From Eledone cirrhosa (taxonomy: Eukaryota), in the NCBI GenBank assembly GCA_964016885.1, contig OZ024741.1, forward strand, positions 385,268,001 to 385,332,000: a stretch of 64,000 bases of DNA. The letters run 5' to 3'. The notes beneath the pieces are model-generated. The model had not been told where the DNA came from, made no database searches, and saw only the letters and a list, made by a program, of their open reading frames with translations. Below, in pieces: positions 15,884-29,218 of the stretch. Position numbers and translations under genes: made by a program. Position 1 is the first letter of the stretch; every line of letters starts with the position of its first letter.

Positions 15884-16453
15884 ATCACTGAAGGGTAGAT
15901 CCTAATAAAGTAATCTAAAAAGAACACTTCACAAACATCTTTCCCTAGGGATATATGCCTAGTCAAGCAACCTAAGGCTTACTGCTGTTTCAAAACTGAA
16001 GAATAATGGAGACCATTCCAGTAGATATGTCTAGTTAACAGTTTATGATCGGAGGGTTTCTTTATGGTATAAGAAAAATATAAATAAATACCCGTTAAGC
16101 GAAATGTGTCCATTTTATATTGAATCAGCATGGTGTAAGAAAACATATATAATAATATTACACGCATTCATAGATCTACTAACAAGGTAAATATTTGTAT
16201 ATACAGACAAAGTGACGAGTCTAAACTGCCACTAGAAATAGCAGTCGATATGGACCGTCTATCAACTCACCATTTAGGAAGCCATATCAATCTGTTTGAA
16301 TGGTCTCCATTATTCTTCAGTTTTGAAACTGCAGTAAGGGAACTTAGTGAAGCCTTCTAACTTTAGGTTGCTTGACTAAAAATATATCCCTAGGGAAGAT
16401 ACTTGTGGAGTATTCTTTTTAAATTACTTTATTAGGATCTACTCCTCAGTGAT
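15884..16453. repeat. Inverted repeat, ~135-155-bp arms, ~280-bp spacer
   Basis: gtagatcctaataaagtaat...tttcaaaactgaagaataatggagaccattc is mirrored at 16298-16453. Confidence 0.85.
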
Positions 16454-16714
16454 AGTTTGGTGTTCAGTGGTTCTACTTGACTTCACTAACAAAGATTTAT
16501 AATGGAGCCAGCTAGCCCACATCTATTGTAGGCTTGCTGGTGGCTGACCGATATAGGACAGACAGAACCAGCTACACAGGCTGTAAGGAAAATTATGTTT
16601 TGGGCTTAATAAACTAAGCAAACTATTGCATTATCATTTGTAACAAATATGTTTTAGTCTCAAATCAAAATCAAAATAATAAAAAGAGAGAGAAAACAAA
16701 ACCATATTAAATAT

Positions 16715-17377
16715 AAATTTGAAATGTGGGCATCCCAACACAAATGACCATAATAATTGTTTCTACTTTTGGCACAAGACCAGCAATTACCCAGTACATT
16801 ACTGGTACTTTATTTTATCAACCCTGTAAGGATGAAAGGCAAAGTTAACCTTGGCGCGATTTGAACTCAGAATGGCAAGGGGCGTAACTCCATGCATCAA
16901 AGCATGGTGTCCGACCCTCTACCAATTACTGCCAATCCACCAGTAGATCACTATAGATGATAGTTGAGAAAATCAGTTAAAGTACCTCTGGAGATGCAAA
17001 AAAGTGGACAGAGGCTCCTACAAGGAACTGAACAATATATCTCTCAGAAATTGATTCTTCGCATGCACCTCAGTCAACTTTTTTCTATCTTCAGAGGTAC
17101 TTTACCCGATTTCCTTAACTATTATTTATAACGATTAACTAATATTAAGGCAGTGGATTGGCAGTATCAGTAGAGGGTCGGACGCCATGCTTTACAACAA
17201 AGAGCTATGGCCCTTTATGGTCTGAGTTCAAATCCCGCCGAGGTTAACTTTGCCTTTCATCCTTACAGGGTCGATAAAATAAAGTACCAGTAATGTACTG
17301 GGTAATTGCTGGCCTTGTGCCAAAAGTAGAAACAATTATTATGGTTATTTGTGTTGGGATACCCACATTTCAAATTT
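16715..17377. repeat. Inverted duplication (~300-bp arms) containing a SINE family A copy plus its flanks
   Basis: SINE at 16752-16941 (-) and 17149-17341 (+); flanks on both sides of the SINE are mirrored too. Confidence 0.85.
17149..17341 (+). mobile_element. Abundant octopod-type tRNA-derived SINE family A; other copies ~7408, 14372, 16752, 24146, 43394, 44808, 45014, 48270, 49300, 49537, 52876
   Basis: ggattggcagtatc..B box gagttcaaatccc..gttaactttgcctttcatcct..gtcgataaaataaagtaccag..ccttgtgccaaaagtagaaac(att)n. Confidence 0.85.
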
Positions 17378-18422
17378 TCCCAATGCTTCTTAAGTCAACC
17401 ATTGTTCATAGTAAATATTCAAAGTATAATCTTTTACTAATAATTATAACCAAAGAACTACAAAGTGCTATAATTCTATCATGGTGAAAACTAAATATAT
17501 TTTTATCTAAATATTCATTGACATCTATAAAATTCTAACAAGTCATCTTGAAAATACTTTGATCTTTAAGCACCAATTTTTCACTGTATGCAGAGCTTCA
17601 TCATTCACAGCAGCAGAAGCTTGAGTTTCTTTGCTATTTTGCTTCACATCATTTCCGGTGTTAAATTGCAGCTAATGATGAAATAAAACCTCTAAAAACT
17701 GCATAAAACTGCTGATGTACATTAATAGTGCTGCATAATTCTTAAGTCAAACATTTAATAATTGCTTCAAATTTCAATTTATTCACTTTAAAGTAGTTGC
17801 ATGTAATTTTTTTTATATTCTTTTTACTGGATTCTGTCATTTAACTGTAGCCATGCTGAGGTATTAAGTATTATTTATATAAATTAATATGTAAATAATT
17901 AAGACAAACAGTGAGGGGGTTAAGAAGTTTGCCTTATAACCATATAGTTTCAGGTGTGGATGTGATTTAACAGCTGAATACACTGGGCAAGTGTCTTTTA
18001 CAGGAGCTTCAGGTTGATCTTGTGAGTCGAATTGGATCTACAGAAACTGTTGAAGCCAATTTGTGTGAGAGATGATTTTTTAAATTTTTTGTTGTAGTTG
18101 GAATTGGTTAAAATCTTATTGTCTACAATCAAACTTAACTTAAAAAGCAGGAAATTTTAAAACTAATTAGTAAAGAATTCTGTATTATAATGGCACTAAT
18201 TATTTTAAAATTTGTCATACAGAGCTAAGAATTTGCGGTTGTATTTTTAAAATATTTTATTGATTCAAAATTTCCTACTCAATTGTATGTTTGCTTCATC
18301 TTCCATAGCTTCTATCAACTTTGAGTCCCCTGTACAACTGTCATCCGCCATGTGTATCACATGTCTATACCCCTGTAATCTCTTTTCCTGTACACTACAT
18401 CTAACTCCTCTTATACCCAGTT

Positions 18423-18454
<32 letters not shown>

Positions 18455-18456
<2 letters not shown>

Positions 18457-18795
18457 GGTCGGGTTGTCAGCGACTAAACCGGCAAGCCCACCAAGCTGGC
18501 TTGGTGAGGAGGGTGATATTTGGACACCCTGCGGGATGAAATACAAGACCCGGCAAAGGGCAGAGGAACTCAACAGAATCAACGGCCATCCAAATAGTAC
18601 TTGTTTTTTTTTTTAACCTGGGAGTGAAAGGCCCCCAGTTGTTGTCACAACACCTTTCTAGGAGAGGGAAACTCTGAAAAAAAACCTGCGGCTTCGGAAG
18701 CACCCGAGGATGTTGACTAGTTCGCCTTTTCGGGCAGTGTTTGTGATACTCAGAGAGTGGGATTGGTTGAGTGCAAGGCCTTTCCCCGCTTAAAA
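18455..18795 (+). mobile_element. Diverged family C RTE 5' UTR-like fragment
   Basis: Starts atggtcggg directly after (TA)n; contains tctaggagagggaaactctga. Confidence 0.65.
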
Positions 18796-19347
18796 TACAT
18801 ACATATATATATATACATACATAAGCACCCAGTCCACCCTGTAATGTGATCATGTAGGAGACACAGTAAAAAGGCTCCCAGTCCACACTGTAAATGTGAA
18901 TGGTGTTAGGAAGGGCATCCAGCCATAGAAAACCTGCCAAATACAGTCCTATACGAGTGAGACACGGTGACCCGATCAATCTTGCCTCAAGTGAGACAAT
19001 TCCTATCTAACTCATGCTAGCATGGAAGATAGACGTTAAACGATAATGATGATGATGATGTTGATATATATATATATATGAATATGTCTCTGTCTCTGTG
19101 TTTATGTTTGCATAAGTCTGAAAAAGGGTGTTGTATATATTGTTTCTTTATGTCCCGTAACCTAGCTGTTCAACAAACAGTGATCGATAAAATAAGTGCC
19201 AGATTATATACATTAGTAGTGGAGTTGATATAATCCATTAAACCAGTAACTGAAACCATTAAAAGAATAACTATTAGATGGTTAACAAATATTACCAATT
19301 ACATAAAGAATGTTACTATATTAACATAACAAATATGCTGAAACATT

Positions 19348-19582
19348 TTAACCCTTTAGCATTTAAACCAGCCAGAATTCTCTCGCCTCTTCCTGTTCAA
19401 ACTGGCTGTAACTAGCCAATCATACTGATGCTAAGGTATTATTCTCAAAGTAAGTAAATAATATAAAAATCTCATAAATTCAATATTATTTGAGATATTA
19501 TGTGAGATAATTATGTGAGGTAAAACATTTACCATGAAAATACAATAGTAAATAGAGTGTAATGTAAATGCTAATGGGTTAA
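19348..19582. mobile_element. Second piggyBac-type MITE
   Basis: TTAA-ccctttagcattta ... taaatgctaatggg-TTAA inverted termini. Confidence 0.7.
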
Positions 19583-21460
19583 GACAACTTTCAATTTATA
19601 ATCTTTTACTCTTTTACCTGTTCCAGCCATCCAGCTGAGGCCATGCTGGGGCACCGCCCTTGAGAGTAATAACCAATAATTGACCCTCTTTTCCTTTCTT
19701 CAGCCTTCAATTCCAGATGGAGTGATAGAAGTACTGTCATGACAGAATAAAAGGAGGGAATGATTGGCTGGATTCGCAATTGTGAGGTTGTGAGTTCGAT
19801 TCCCAGACGAGTCAATGTATTATGTCCTTGAGCAAGACATTTTATTTCATATTACTCTTTCTGCCAGAAGTTGCGACTGGTAGATGGTATCAGCAATAGA
19901 AATACCAATGGAAACATTGTTTCCTCGGTCCAATTTGGTGACTTCCACCCTGTTTGGTAAGTAAATGAGGTCTAAGATCTTGACAATCAATTCCTTTTTT
20001 TTTTTAGCATTGGATTGGTATTTCATTTATAAACATAGATTTTAACTCACTGAGTTCAAAGATAAAAGAGAAAGAATGTAAAACACACTTAACTCTATAT
20101 GGAATCATAGGGACACCATCATGGGCATTTTAAATATGATGAAGCCCATCCCTCTCCAGGTCAGATCACAGCTGATTTCTTCCAGTATTGGCCTAGGATA
20201 AAAGAAGATTTGAACTCAGGGCACAGAGTGCTGGAACTAAAGACAGAAAGTATTCTATCTGATGGTCTAATGACTTAACCAAATGGTCACCTATAATGGA
20301 TTCTAGAAAGAACTAATAGCTGTTTAATGCTGAAATTTACATTTTGTATTGGAAATAATGCAAACTTCTATTTTCATACATCTTCTTCCAAGAAAAGGGT
20401 TGGTACCAGTAAAGGCATTCAGCTGTAAAATGTTACCACAAAAATGACCCAAAGTAATGGGGTCCAGAGGGTTAACCCTTGCTTTAGCAGGGGAAAATGA
20501 CTTTAAAATGATTGTTGTATCTTCCAAGAAAACTTATATATACCCAGTCCACCCTGTAAAGTGGTCATATTGGTGACACGATAACAAGAATCCAGCCCAA
20601 CCTGGAAATGTGATTGGTGTTAGGAATGGCATCCAGCCATAGAAACCAAACCAGAAACAATTCTGTATGACATGGTCATATAATCAAACTTGTTTCACAA
20701 TGGGACAACTCATCTAACCCATGTTATCATGGAAAAGTGGACATTAAATGATGATAATGATCTGAAAGTTAAAAATTCTTTGAAGTTGTTGGAAATCTTT
20801 TCTCAAATATCTATAGAGTCTGTATATTATTTTACTAAAATTGCTGGGTTGCTGGAAGGGCTTGTAGGGAAATGTCTTTTTTTTTATTTATTGTTTAGTC
20901 TGGAAGGGAAAAGCAATGCCCATGATCTTTTCAAAGCCTCTGCAACTAGTGGGAAAGAAGAAGGAAGATATCTTTAAACTGAAGACCTGCTCCAAATATT
21001 TACAACAGAATGGACTCCACTAAAGACACCCAAAGACCATGGTGTGATGCTAAATTAGAAAGTGGGAGTAAATCTATGTATGAGATGCTGGTTGCAGATA
21101 GAATTCTGGTCTACAAAGATATTGAAGAATTTAAGAAGAGTTGAGTACCCAATTTCCTCTTTATTTGAATATCATCATCTTTATCACCATTTAATGTTTG
21201 CTTTCCCTGCTAGCAAGGGTTAGACGGGTCTACATAGATTAAGTCAGTACAAAAGTGGGGCTACTGATCTCCCAGACAGGCCAGGGATCTGCATCTCACT
21301 TATGTACAGTCATATTGAAGGAATAAGACAGATTGTTGTGTCCTTTGACACAAACTGAAGGCTTCTCCCAACCCTTTGTTTAGCAACCTTTCTATGGCTA
21401 GATTCCCGTCCTATCACCAACCACTTTACAGCGTGTACTTGGCACATTAATCATGTAGAT

Positions 21461-21814
21461 CAGCGGTTGCCAACTGGTGGTCCAAGAAAATTTTTGGTGG
21501 TCCACAGAAAAATTTGGACATTATTTGCAATTTTTGTTTTATTAATAATATTTGGTTGAAATATATTTTACAACACACCTAAAAAATGTTTCTCCTCAGT
21601 AAAGAACTAACATCCATGAAAGAATTTTATACATATGTATTATCTATCAACAATATGACACACAAATGCTTCAGTATTGTTTAATAAAATGGAAGTTCTC
21701 TGATCATTATTTTTCAAATATATTTATCATTTTAAAAAGATTCATATTAGTAGTCCGCAGGTTTTAAAATTATGAATTTAGTAGTCCATGAGGTCTGAAA
21801 GGTTGGCAACTCTG
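21461..21814. mobile_element. hAT (Charlie-like) MITE
   Basis: TIRs cagcggttgccaac / gttggcaactctg; 8-bp TSD atgtagat / gtgtagat; interrupts an older SINE/RTE-tail copy. Confidence 0.75.
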
Positions 21815-22117
21815 GTGTAGATCACCAACACTAGAGAGGTTGTCAAAACTGAGTCACCGTGCACCTCCCAGCAACCTATCACCTGCCAATGCTGTTAACT
21901 TTAAAGAAATGTCATGATTAAATTGTCACTTGTCATTTACAAATGAATATTTTCAAATACTGTAGTAAACATTAGTTGAAATAAGTTGTTACATGAATGA
22001 GAATAAAATACAATACCCATGGTTGGTTATTCGTTCTAAGTACTTAACACTTCTAATATACTTTTAATGCTACATTAATCCAACACATTAGTATTTTGTT
22101 TCTAATGCTTAATCATT

Positions 22118-22264
22118 TCTATCATCATCATCACCACCACCATCATCATTATCACCATCATCATTATCACCATCGTCACCATCATCATAATCACCACCAC
22201 CACCGCTATTATCATCACCACCCTCATCATCATCACCACAACAATCATCACCACCACCACCACC

Positions 22265-22298
<34 letters not shown>

Positions 22299-22325
22299 CC
22301 ACAACCATCACCACCTTCATCATCG
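22118..22325. repeat. (CAT/CAC)n trinucleotide microsatellite
   Basis: Directly visible. Confidence 0.9.
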
Positions 22326-22380
22326 ACAGTACTAAGAATACTGACAGAGAGAGTGTGAATGAACAAGAAGTGAGAGATAA

Positions 22381-24084
22381 CACCGTGTAACATAATTTTT
22401 GTTCCCCAGTTCTAAGTATCATTTCCTGGTTTGGTATATCCCATTATTATCAAAAAATACTATTATTTAATTAGAAGTTTGGGTTTGTGGTCAAAAGTTT
22501 GATATTTCGACATTTTCATATTTTTCAAGAAAAAACACATTTTTTTTAATTTATCAGTTCATATAATTAAATCAACAGAGTATATATTTATTTTATTACA
22601 CAAGCTTATCAAAAGCAAACAAGTAAAAACAAATAACACTTATAAAGCAACTTATACACGTCAGAAATGACTGGATTTCCCGAATTTGCGGTTGTAGTCC
22701 AGGTCGCATTCCCGCACTAGCCCCCAGATATAGTCCCCCATCATTTTTTCATTGTAGTGGCCCTGGTACCTCAGCTCTATCTCTTTCACATCTTGGTGGA
22801 ATCGTTTGCCTTGTTCTTCTGAGTAGGCGCCCATATTGTCCTTGAATTTTTCCAGGTGAGCGTCCAGCATATGAAGTTTAAGCGACATCCTGCATCCCAT
22901 GGCGCCAAAAGCCTTTATCAGATCCTGCACCAGTTGCTGGTAGTTTTCAGCTCTGTAGTTGCCCAGGAAGCCCTTAACAACTGCCTTGAAACAGTTCCAT
23001 GCTGTTCTCTCAATCCTATTGAGCTTATTGGAGAACTCGGTAGACTCAAGCACCTTCTTAATCTGAGGTCCAACAAAAATTCCACCTTTGATTTTGGCCT
23101 CAGATAACTTGGGGAAGAACTCAAGAAGCTACTTAAAAGCGGCTGATTCTTGGTTGAGAGCCTTCACAAACTGCTTCATCAACCCCAACTTAATGTGCAG
23201 TGGCGGCATGAGCACAATCCTGGGATCAACCAGTGGCTCCCACATGACGTTCCGGGTCCCAACTATAAATTCTGTTCACTGCTCTCAGTTCTTTCTTTTG
23301 TAGTGGTCAGAGGTGGCTCTGCTGTCCCAAAGGCAGAGGAAGCATTGGAATTTGATAAAGCCTCCTTGGAGTCCAAGCAGGAAAGCCACCATCTTGAAGT
23401 CTCCAATGATTTCCCAATTGTACTGGTTGTATTGCAGAGCTTCCAAGAGGACTTTCACACTGTAGTAATCTTCCTTCAGGCAGACTGAATGAGCTAGGAG
23501 CAGTGTCGGAACTTGTTTCCATTGTGGAGGAGGACAGCCTTCAAACTTGTCTATAAACTTGTCTGCACAAACAGCACCCCAATAACGTCAAACAGTCCAG
23601 GCACGTCATGGCAGAAGCAGAGGCCATCCCTAAGAGTGTAAAAGCCTGAGAAAGGTTTGTGTCGACTTCTCTGACTTGTCACCTGCACTTCCTCCTTGAC
23701 CAAGTTCCACTGCTTCATCCTGGAGACGAATGCTTAAAACACAACTTACCCTTTATCCAGTATCAATAAATCTCTTTAATCCATTTTTTAACAATTTTAT
23801 ACTTTATTGCACTTTTATAATTTTCTTTAGCTATTACTCTTTATTTTATAATTTTAATTTAATCTGAAACATATATAAAAAATCATTTGACATAAGCAAA
23901 TTAAACTTACATACAAGGTAAAATCCAGTATACAAATAATTCTAGTGAATAGTTTAGAATTTTTACAAACGCCAACTTTTAACTGTTTAATAGCACTTTT
24001 TTTTTATTTATTTGGGACCTAAGCAACACAAAAAAAGTGATTACAAGCCAGGAACAGAGAAAAAAATTTTTTTGTTACACGGTG
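22381..24084 (-). mobile_element. Chapaev3-type (CMC superfamily) DNA transposon, internally deleted, with transposase pseudogene ~22661-23730
   Basis: Perfect 12-bp TIR CACCGTGTAACA, 3-bp TSD TAA on both sides; motifs GDFKMVAFLLG, CFLCLWDSR, PPLHIKLGLMKQFVKAL, MSLKLHMLDAH..SEEQGKRFHQD; frameshifts and an in-frame TAG. Confidence 0.85.
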
Positions 24085-24620
24085 TAATCGGTTACTTTGG
24101 TTGGTATTATATTGAATAAAGTGGAGTGTATGTAGACATTTGTAATAATTGTTTCTTCTTTTGGCACAAGGCCAGCAATTACCCCAGTGCATTACTGGTA
24201 CTTTATTTTATCGACCCCATAAGGATGGTGGGATCTGAACTCAGAACGTAAAAGGCCATAACTCTATGCTGCAAAGCATAGTGTCTGACGCTCTACCGAT
24301 ACTGCCAATCCATTGTGTGATTGTTATTTAGATAGATGTAGAAAACAGAAATAATCTTTGTGGAAGTTCACTATATAAATTTACATGTAAGTGTGTACAT
24401 ATGCATGTACATGTATTTATGTGTGTGTGTGTATATATATATTTATAGTGAATAACTATGTGTATACTCTAGGAGTTTATTTAACATTACATATTGAGTA
24501 CGACTGAAATACAACTGGTCCTAGCAGTGATACCCACGCTAGTTCCGTCAACTTATATATATCTATATATATGTTAGGTATAAACCAAAGTTGTAGCTGC
24601 CATACAGCATGTACTATTCA

Positions 24621-24697
<77 letters not shown>

Positions 24698-25879
24698 GAT
24701 TCAGCGAGAATCGCATTTCGGCTGGTAGAAAAGGCGAAACGAAACGCAAAAATCAGAAATAATGCTGGCAAGCGCTCCATAGTTAAAAAACCAGATCTAA
24801 ATAATATGTTAAGATGCCATACAAAACTGAAATAGTGGTCAAGAAAGCATCAACCACCTAAGCCAAAAAGCAAATCAAGCTAAACAGGTCAAAACAAAAT
24901 AAATGATATATTTATATATATATATGTATATCTATTTGTATTTATCATTGTAGTAATATCTATTTGTATTTATCATTGTAGTATAAGTATGGCTACTGCC
25001 ATTGGTCGTTTTTCTTGGTGTCACACTTTTTTAACTTTTGTGTTTACTCTGGATGATAATCTATTAATTTCTCGCTCTATTGAGTACTTTGTGATTGCCT
25101 CAAACAATTTGATTAGTACCTGTTATATTGCAGCTACTACTTTGATTCATACCCAATATTATATATACATATATATATATAAAAAACATGAGAAGAAAGA
25201 AGAATACTGCGTGGTTTGCACATGGGTTACATATGATAAAAATAGTCCTTCGTCAGTGATTTTCCAACCATCATTGGTATTTCATTGCATTAAAAATCAG
25301 ATACCTTAGGTTGGTGCGAGCAATAACTAAAAAAAGTTATTGGGACCAGAATTCGCGTAAGGCGAGGGGGACAAGTAAACAACATAGAAGGATAAAAGCA
25401 AACCGAAGATAGGAAAATAAACAAGCAACATGGTTGTCCGGTCAGCATAAGCTGGGTAGATTTCATGAGCGAGAGAGGTACAGACCGTGTTGATGTGTGT
25501 GAGATGTGAGCAAGAAGAGACCCACACAAGCCAAACGGGAAGAAGTGATAAGGGGAGAAACAGAGAGTGAGTGAGTGGAAGTGTGAGGAAGAGGTCAGTC
25601 GAGAGAAAGTGTAACTGACAAAGGGGGCGAAAGAAGGTGATATATATATATACACATATATTTTATAGTTTTTATCCTCAACACATAAGGGTTGCTACTG
25701 CTGGTTTCCAAACCTGCAAGTGATTTAGATTGTGCATCTGCACATCCACACACATAGTTTTCGTTCAGTCAACTATGTCTTGAAGATAACTATAATATTT
25801 TAGCTCTGTACTTCGCATAGAGTGCTCAGTTCCTTTTAGATGTTCAACAGAACATTTCAACACTAATTATATATATGTA

Positions 25880-26077
25880 CAAGGGTCAGCCGAAAAGTTC
25901 ATAGGCTGACAATGAGGGAGTGATGCTAGAGCTTTGAAATCTTGCATGTATTAATTTCAACTCTTCTTATTTATAATTGCATTGTTTCTTTCCAGGGACT
26001 ATGTTGAAAAATAAACCTCATTTAGTCATTCCATGAGAGTATCTTGGTCAGCCTATGAATCTTTCAGCGGAATCTTG
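25880..26077. mobile_element. Tc1/mariner-derived MITE
   Basis: TA-caagggtcagccgaaaagttcataggctgac ... gtcagcctatgaatctttcagcggaatcttg-TA. Confidence 0.75.
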
Positions 26078-26214
26078 TATGTATGTAGGTATGTATATAA
26101 ATATATATGTGTGTATGTGTGTGTGAGTATGCAAAAGGCAAACAGAAATAACAAAGTGAATGACACAGTACAATGAAGAAATATATTATTAGTTTTACGC
26201 TTGATATAGTAGGA

Positions 26215-28740
26215 AAAGAGTCTTAAAGTTTCAGACGCTAGTCCTACATCAGAAAATAGAATGAGAAATTAAAGAAGAAATAGAAAGTTTGAGGAGACTG
26301 GGCAGGTTTAGTCATGTCACCATCTCTTAGAAAACTGTTGATGCTGGTGTTGTGTATAAGATGATCTTGTTTTGAAAGGCAGTGATCAAACGTGCCTAGC
26401 TGAAAAGGAAAAAAAATTGTTTTGTATATAGAGTGTGTACGTGTGCACGTGCATGTGCATGTGTGTGTATTATTCATCCACATTAAGCTAAGATGATATG
26501 TGTGTGTATATATGTAACTTTAAGAGTGTGTGTTAGTTGTTGGTCCATACAGAGTTGTGAAGATAAGTGTAGAGGTGTGTATGTTTGTTGTTCATCTGTA
26601 TAAGCTGTATGAGTATGTGTTTTGGCCATAACAGAGCCATATGAAACTAGGGAGTGAATGTATGTGTGTGACAGCAGTCGAGATAGGGGAGACAGTGGTT
26701 AAGGGTAGAGAAGTAAGTGCAAGCATATATGTGTAAGATTAAAGAAATTGGGGAGGTAGTTAAGTCTATTAGGGAAACTGGATCTAAGGCGGAAAATCAG
26801 ACTCTACTCAGTCATGGTGCACAAGGTCAATGATGTAAAAGGGACACCATGCACTGTGACATGTAGGGAAGAGTTGCCTAGGGAATGGAAATGATGAGCA
26901 ACGGGGATATCTATGCTGAGTTATATGTCCCTCAAGTGTTCAGTGAAACGGTCTGCTAGACAGCGGCCTGTTTCTCTGATGTGTATGGACCCTCAAAGAG
27001 AACACCAGAGGGCATAGACTATGGGGGTGGATGTGCAGGTGAAGGAGTATCAGATACAGAATGAACTGTTAGTGCCTGTGAGAGTGGGGAGGTTAGAAAT
27101 GAAGGGACAGGTGTTATAGTGGGGATGAGAGCCAGGTGGAGTCCTAGGAGAGCAAGGGAAAGAACTTCATACCAGGAGATCATGGAGATTGTGGGCACAC
27201 TTAAAGGCGGCGATGGGTGGGTTTGGAAAGAAGCAAGAAATGACGAGGTCAGAAGAGAGGAATGGAAGCAAAGTAGGATATGTTGTCGGAGAGGTAGGGT
27301 GATGAGGTGGTAAGTGAGAGAGAAAAGAAGGTAGGTGTTGGGAGGATGGTGGTGGGGTGAGAGGGCTGTGTTACAGACAGTTTCACAGGCGTGGGCAAGG
27401 GAAGCTTGGATTAGGATGGAGTAATGTCCACCCTGGATGAAGCGGTAGGCCATGTGTTGAGACTGGGTCTTGAAATAGTTGTCCTGGCTAAAGAGCCTAC
27501 GAAGACGGAGGAATTGTGAGTAGAGGGTGGAGAGTTTGGTGTGGGTGGGATGGGAGGAGGTGAAGTCAAGGTAGGAGTGGGAATCATTGGGCTTATAGAA
27601 GATGGAGGTAGAGAGTGTGTGGTCAATAGACAGAGAGATGTTGAGAAATTAGACTGAAGAGTTAGAGACAGAGGTGGTGAAGGTACGGGCAGGATGAAAA
27701 GACAGGACAAAAGAAAGAAAGGAGTTGAACTGTTCACAGGAAAGAGAGGGGGCACTGATACAATCATCATTATAATGACCATATAGTTCAGGGGTTGGAC
27801 CAGTGATCAAGGCCTCAGCATGGCCAATGAACAAGTTGGTGTAGTTAGGGCCCATTCTTGTACCCATGGCTACCCCAGAGACCTGTAGGTAAAACACTCC
27901 GGAAAAGGAAAAACCATTGAGAGTGAGAAGAAGCTCAGCAAGGCAGAGAAGAGTAGAAGTGGTAGGGAAGGGTGTAGAGCGTAAGTCTTTAAAATGTTGG
28001 AGACATGGAGGCTGTCATCATGAGGGATGACTGTGTTGAGAGAGTTAATGTCCATGGTAAAGAGAAGGGGAGAGGGGCCTGAAGAGAAGGAGTTAAAAAG
28101 TCGAAGAGCATGATTACTGACATGGATGTGGGAGGGGAGGGAGGTTACTGGGGGAGGGACAGGAGGGTGTCAAGGCTTTGGGAGTTTATTTCGGTAGGGC
28201 AATTACAATAGGGCAGCCTGGATTATTGGGTTTATGTATCTTAGGGAGAAAGTAGATGGGGGATGTATGAGGGGTGCATACTATAAGATTAGTAGTATCA
28301 GAGGGTAGGAGAGAGGAGGGAGATAAGTTGGTGAATGGTGGAGGACACAAGCTGTTGGTAGTCTAAGGTGGGGTCAGAGGATAAAGGCTGGTAAAATTGG
28401 ATATTGTGAAGCTGGCAGAAGGCCTCAGTCCCGCAGTAGTCTGTGCACCACAACACCACGGCACCACCTTTATCAGTGGGTTTGATGACAATGTCATTGC
28501 AGTGCTGTAGGCTGTGCAGAGCGGAGAGTTCAGCCTGAGTGAGGTTGGTGCAAGAACAGTGCTTTTGGAAATTGAAGCAGTTCTAAGTATGTTGGCAAGT
28601 CTCCACAAATGTATCCAGGGAGCTCAACTGCCCAGAGCTCAGTGTCCATTGTGATTGCCGGCAGCTGAGGCTTGTGAAACAGTCTGTTTAGGATGATGTG
28701 TTGTGGAAGAATGCTTGTAGCCTTAAGCGACATTAAAACT
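26215..28740 (-). mobile_element. Degraded Penelope/Poseidon-type PLE (RT + GIY-YIG) with a decayed hammerhead at its 3' end
   Basis: Fragments IKPTDKGGAVV, KIHKPNNPG, FTMDINSL..VIPHDD, YLQVSGVAMGTRMGPNY, HIRETGRCLADRFTEH; CTGATGtaggactagcgtctGAAAC at ~26228-26252. Confidence 0.8.
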
Positions 28741-28818
28741 GTTCAACCTCTGCAAGTGTTCGGAACTCATCACAGGTGGATGTGATGTGTATGAAGTGCA
28801 ATATATATATATATATGT

Positions 28819-28869
<51 letters not shown>

Positions 28870-29063
28870 GATAAATCTACCAAGAGTTTACGGTAGTGTC
28901 CAATCCGTATGAAGAACTCAATGTAATCCGGATATCATGGAAAGAAGAGATGCAATGAAAAATCACTTTCGGTGAAAGATAAACGGAATACAGAGTCAAG
29001 ATAAAATATTAAAAAAAAGATGAATAAAACAATGAAACAGTTCCTTATATTAAACAAAAAAAG

Positions 29064-29218
29064 TTCATTATTTAACGATCGTTTCTAGGATATATATGTG
29101 TTAGAATTGGCATGCATATTCAACAGATCTATGTACAAAATTATACAAAATTATACAAACTATCAAAATTAAATATACATACCCAACACATATATATGCC
29201 GTCTTCAGAAATAATGAA
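29064..29218 (-). ncRNA. Type I hammerhead ribozyme in the 3' pseudo-LTR (same sense as the ORF)
   Basis: Stem I ttcattattt/aaataatgaa (10 bp), CUGAAGA, 116-nt stem II insert, GAAA-cgatcg-UU. Confidence 0.7.

Noticed and set aside
22096-22335. Poly-His protein
   Set aside because: (CAT/CAC)n microsatellite without splice or coding context.
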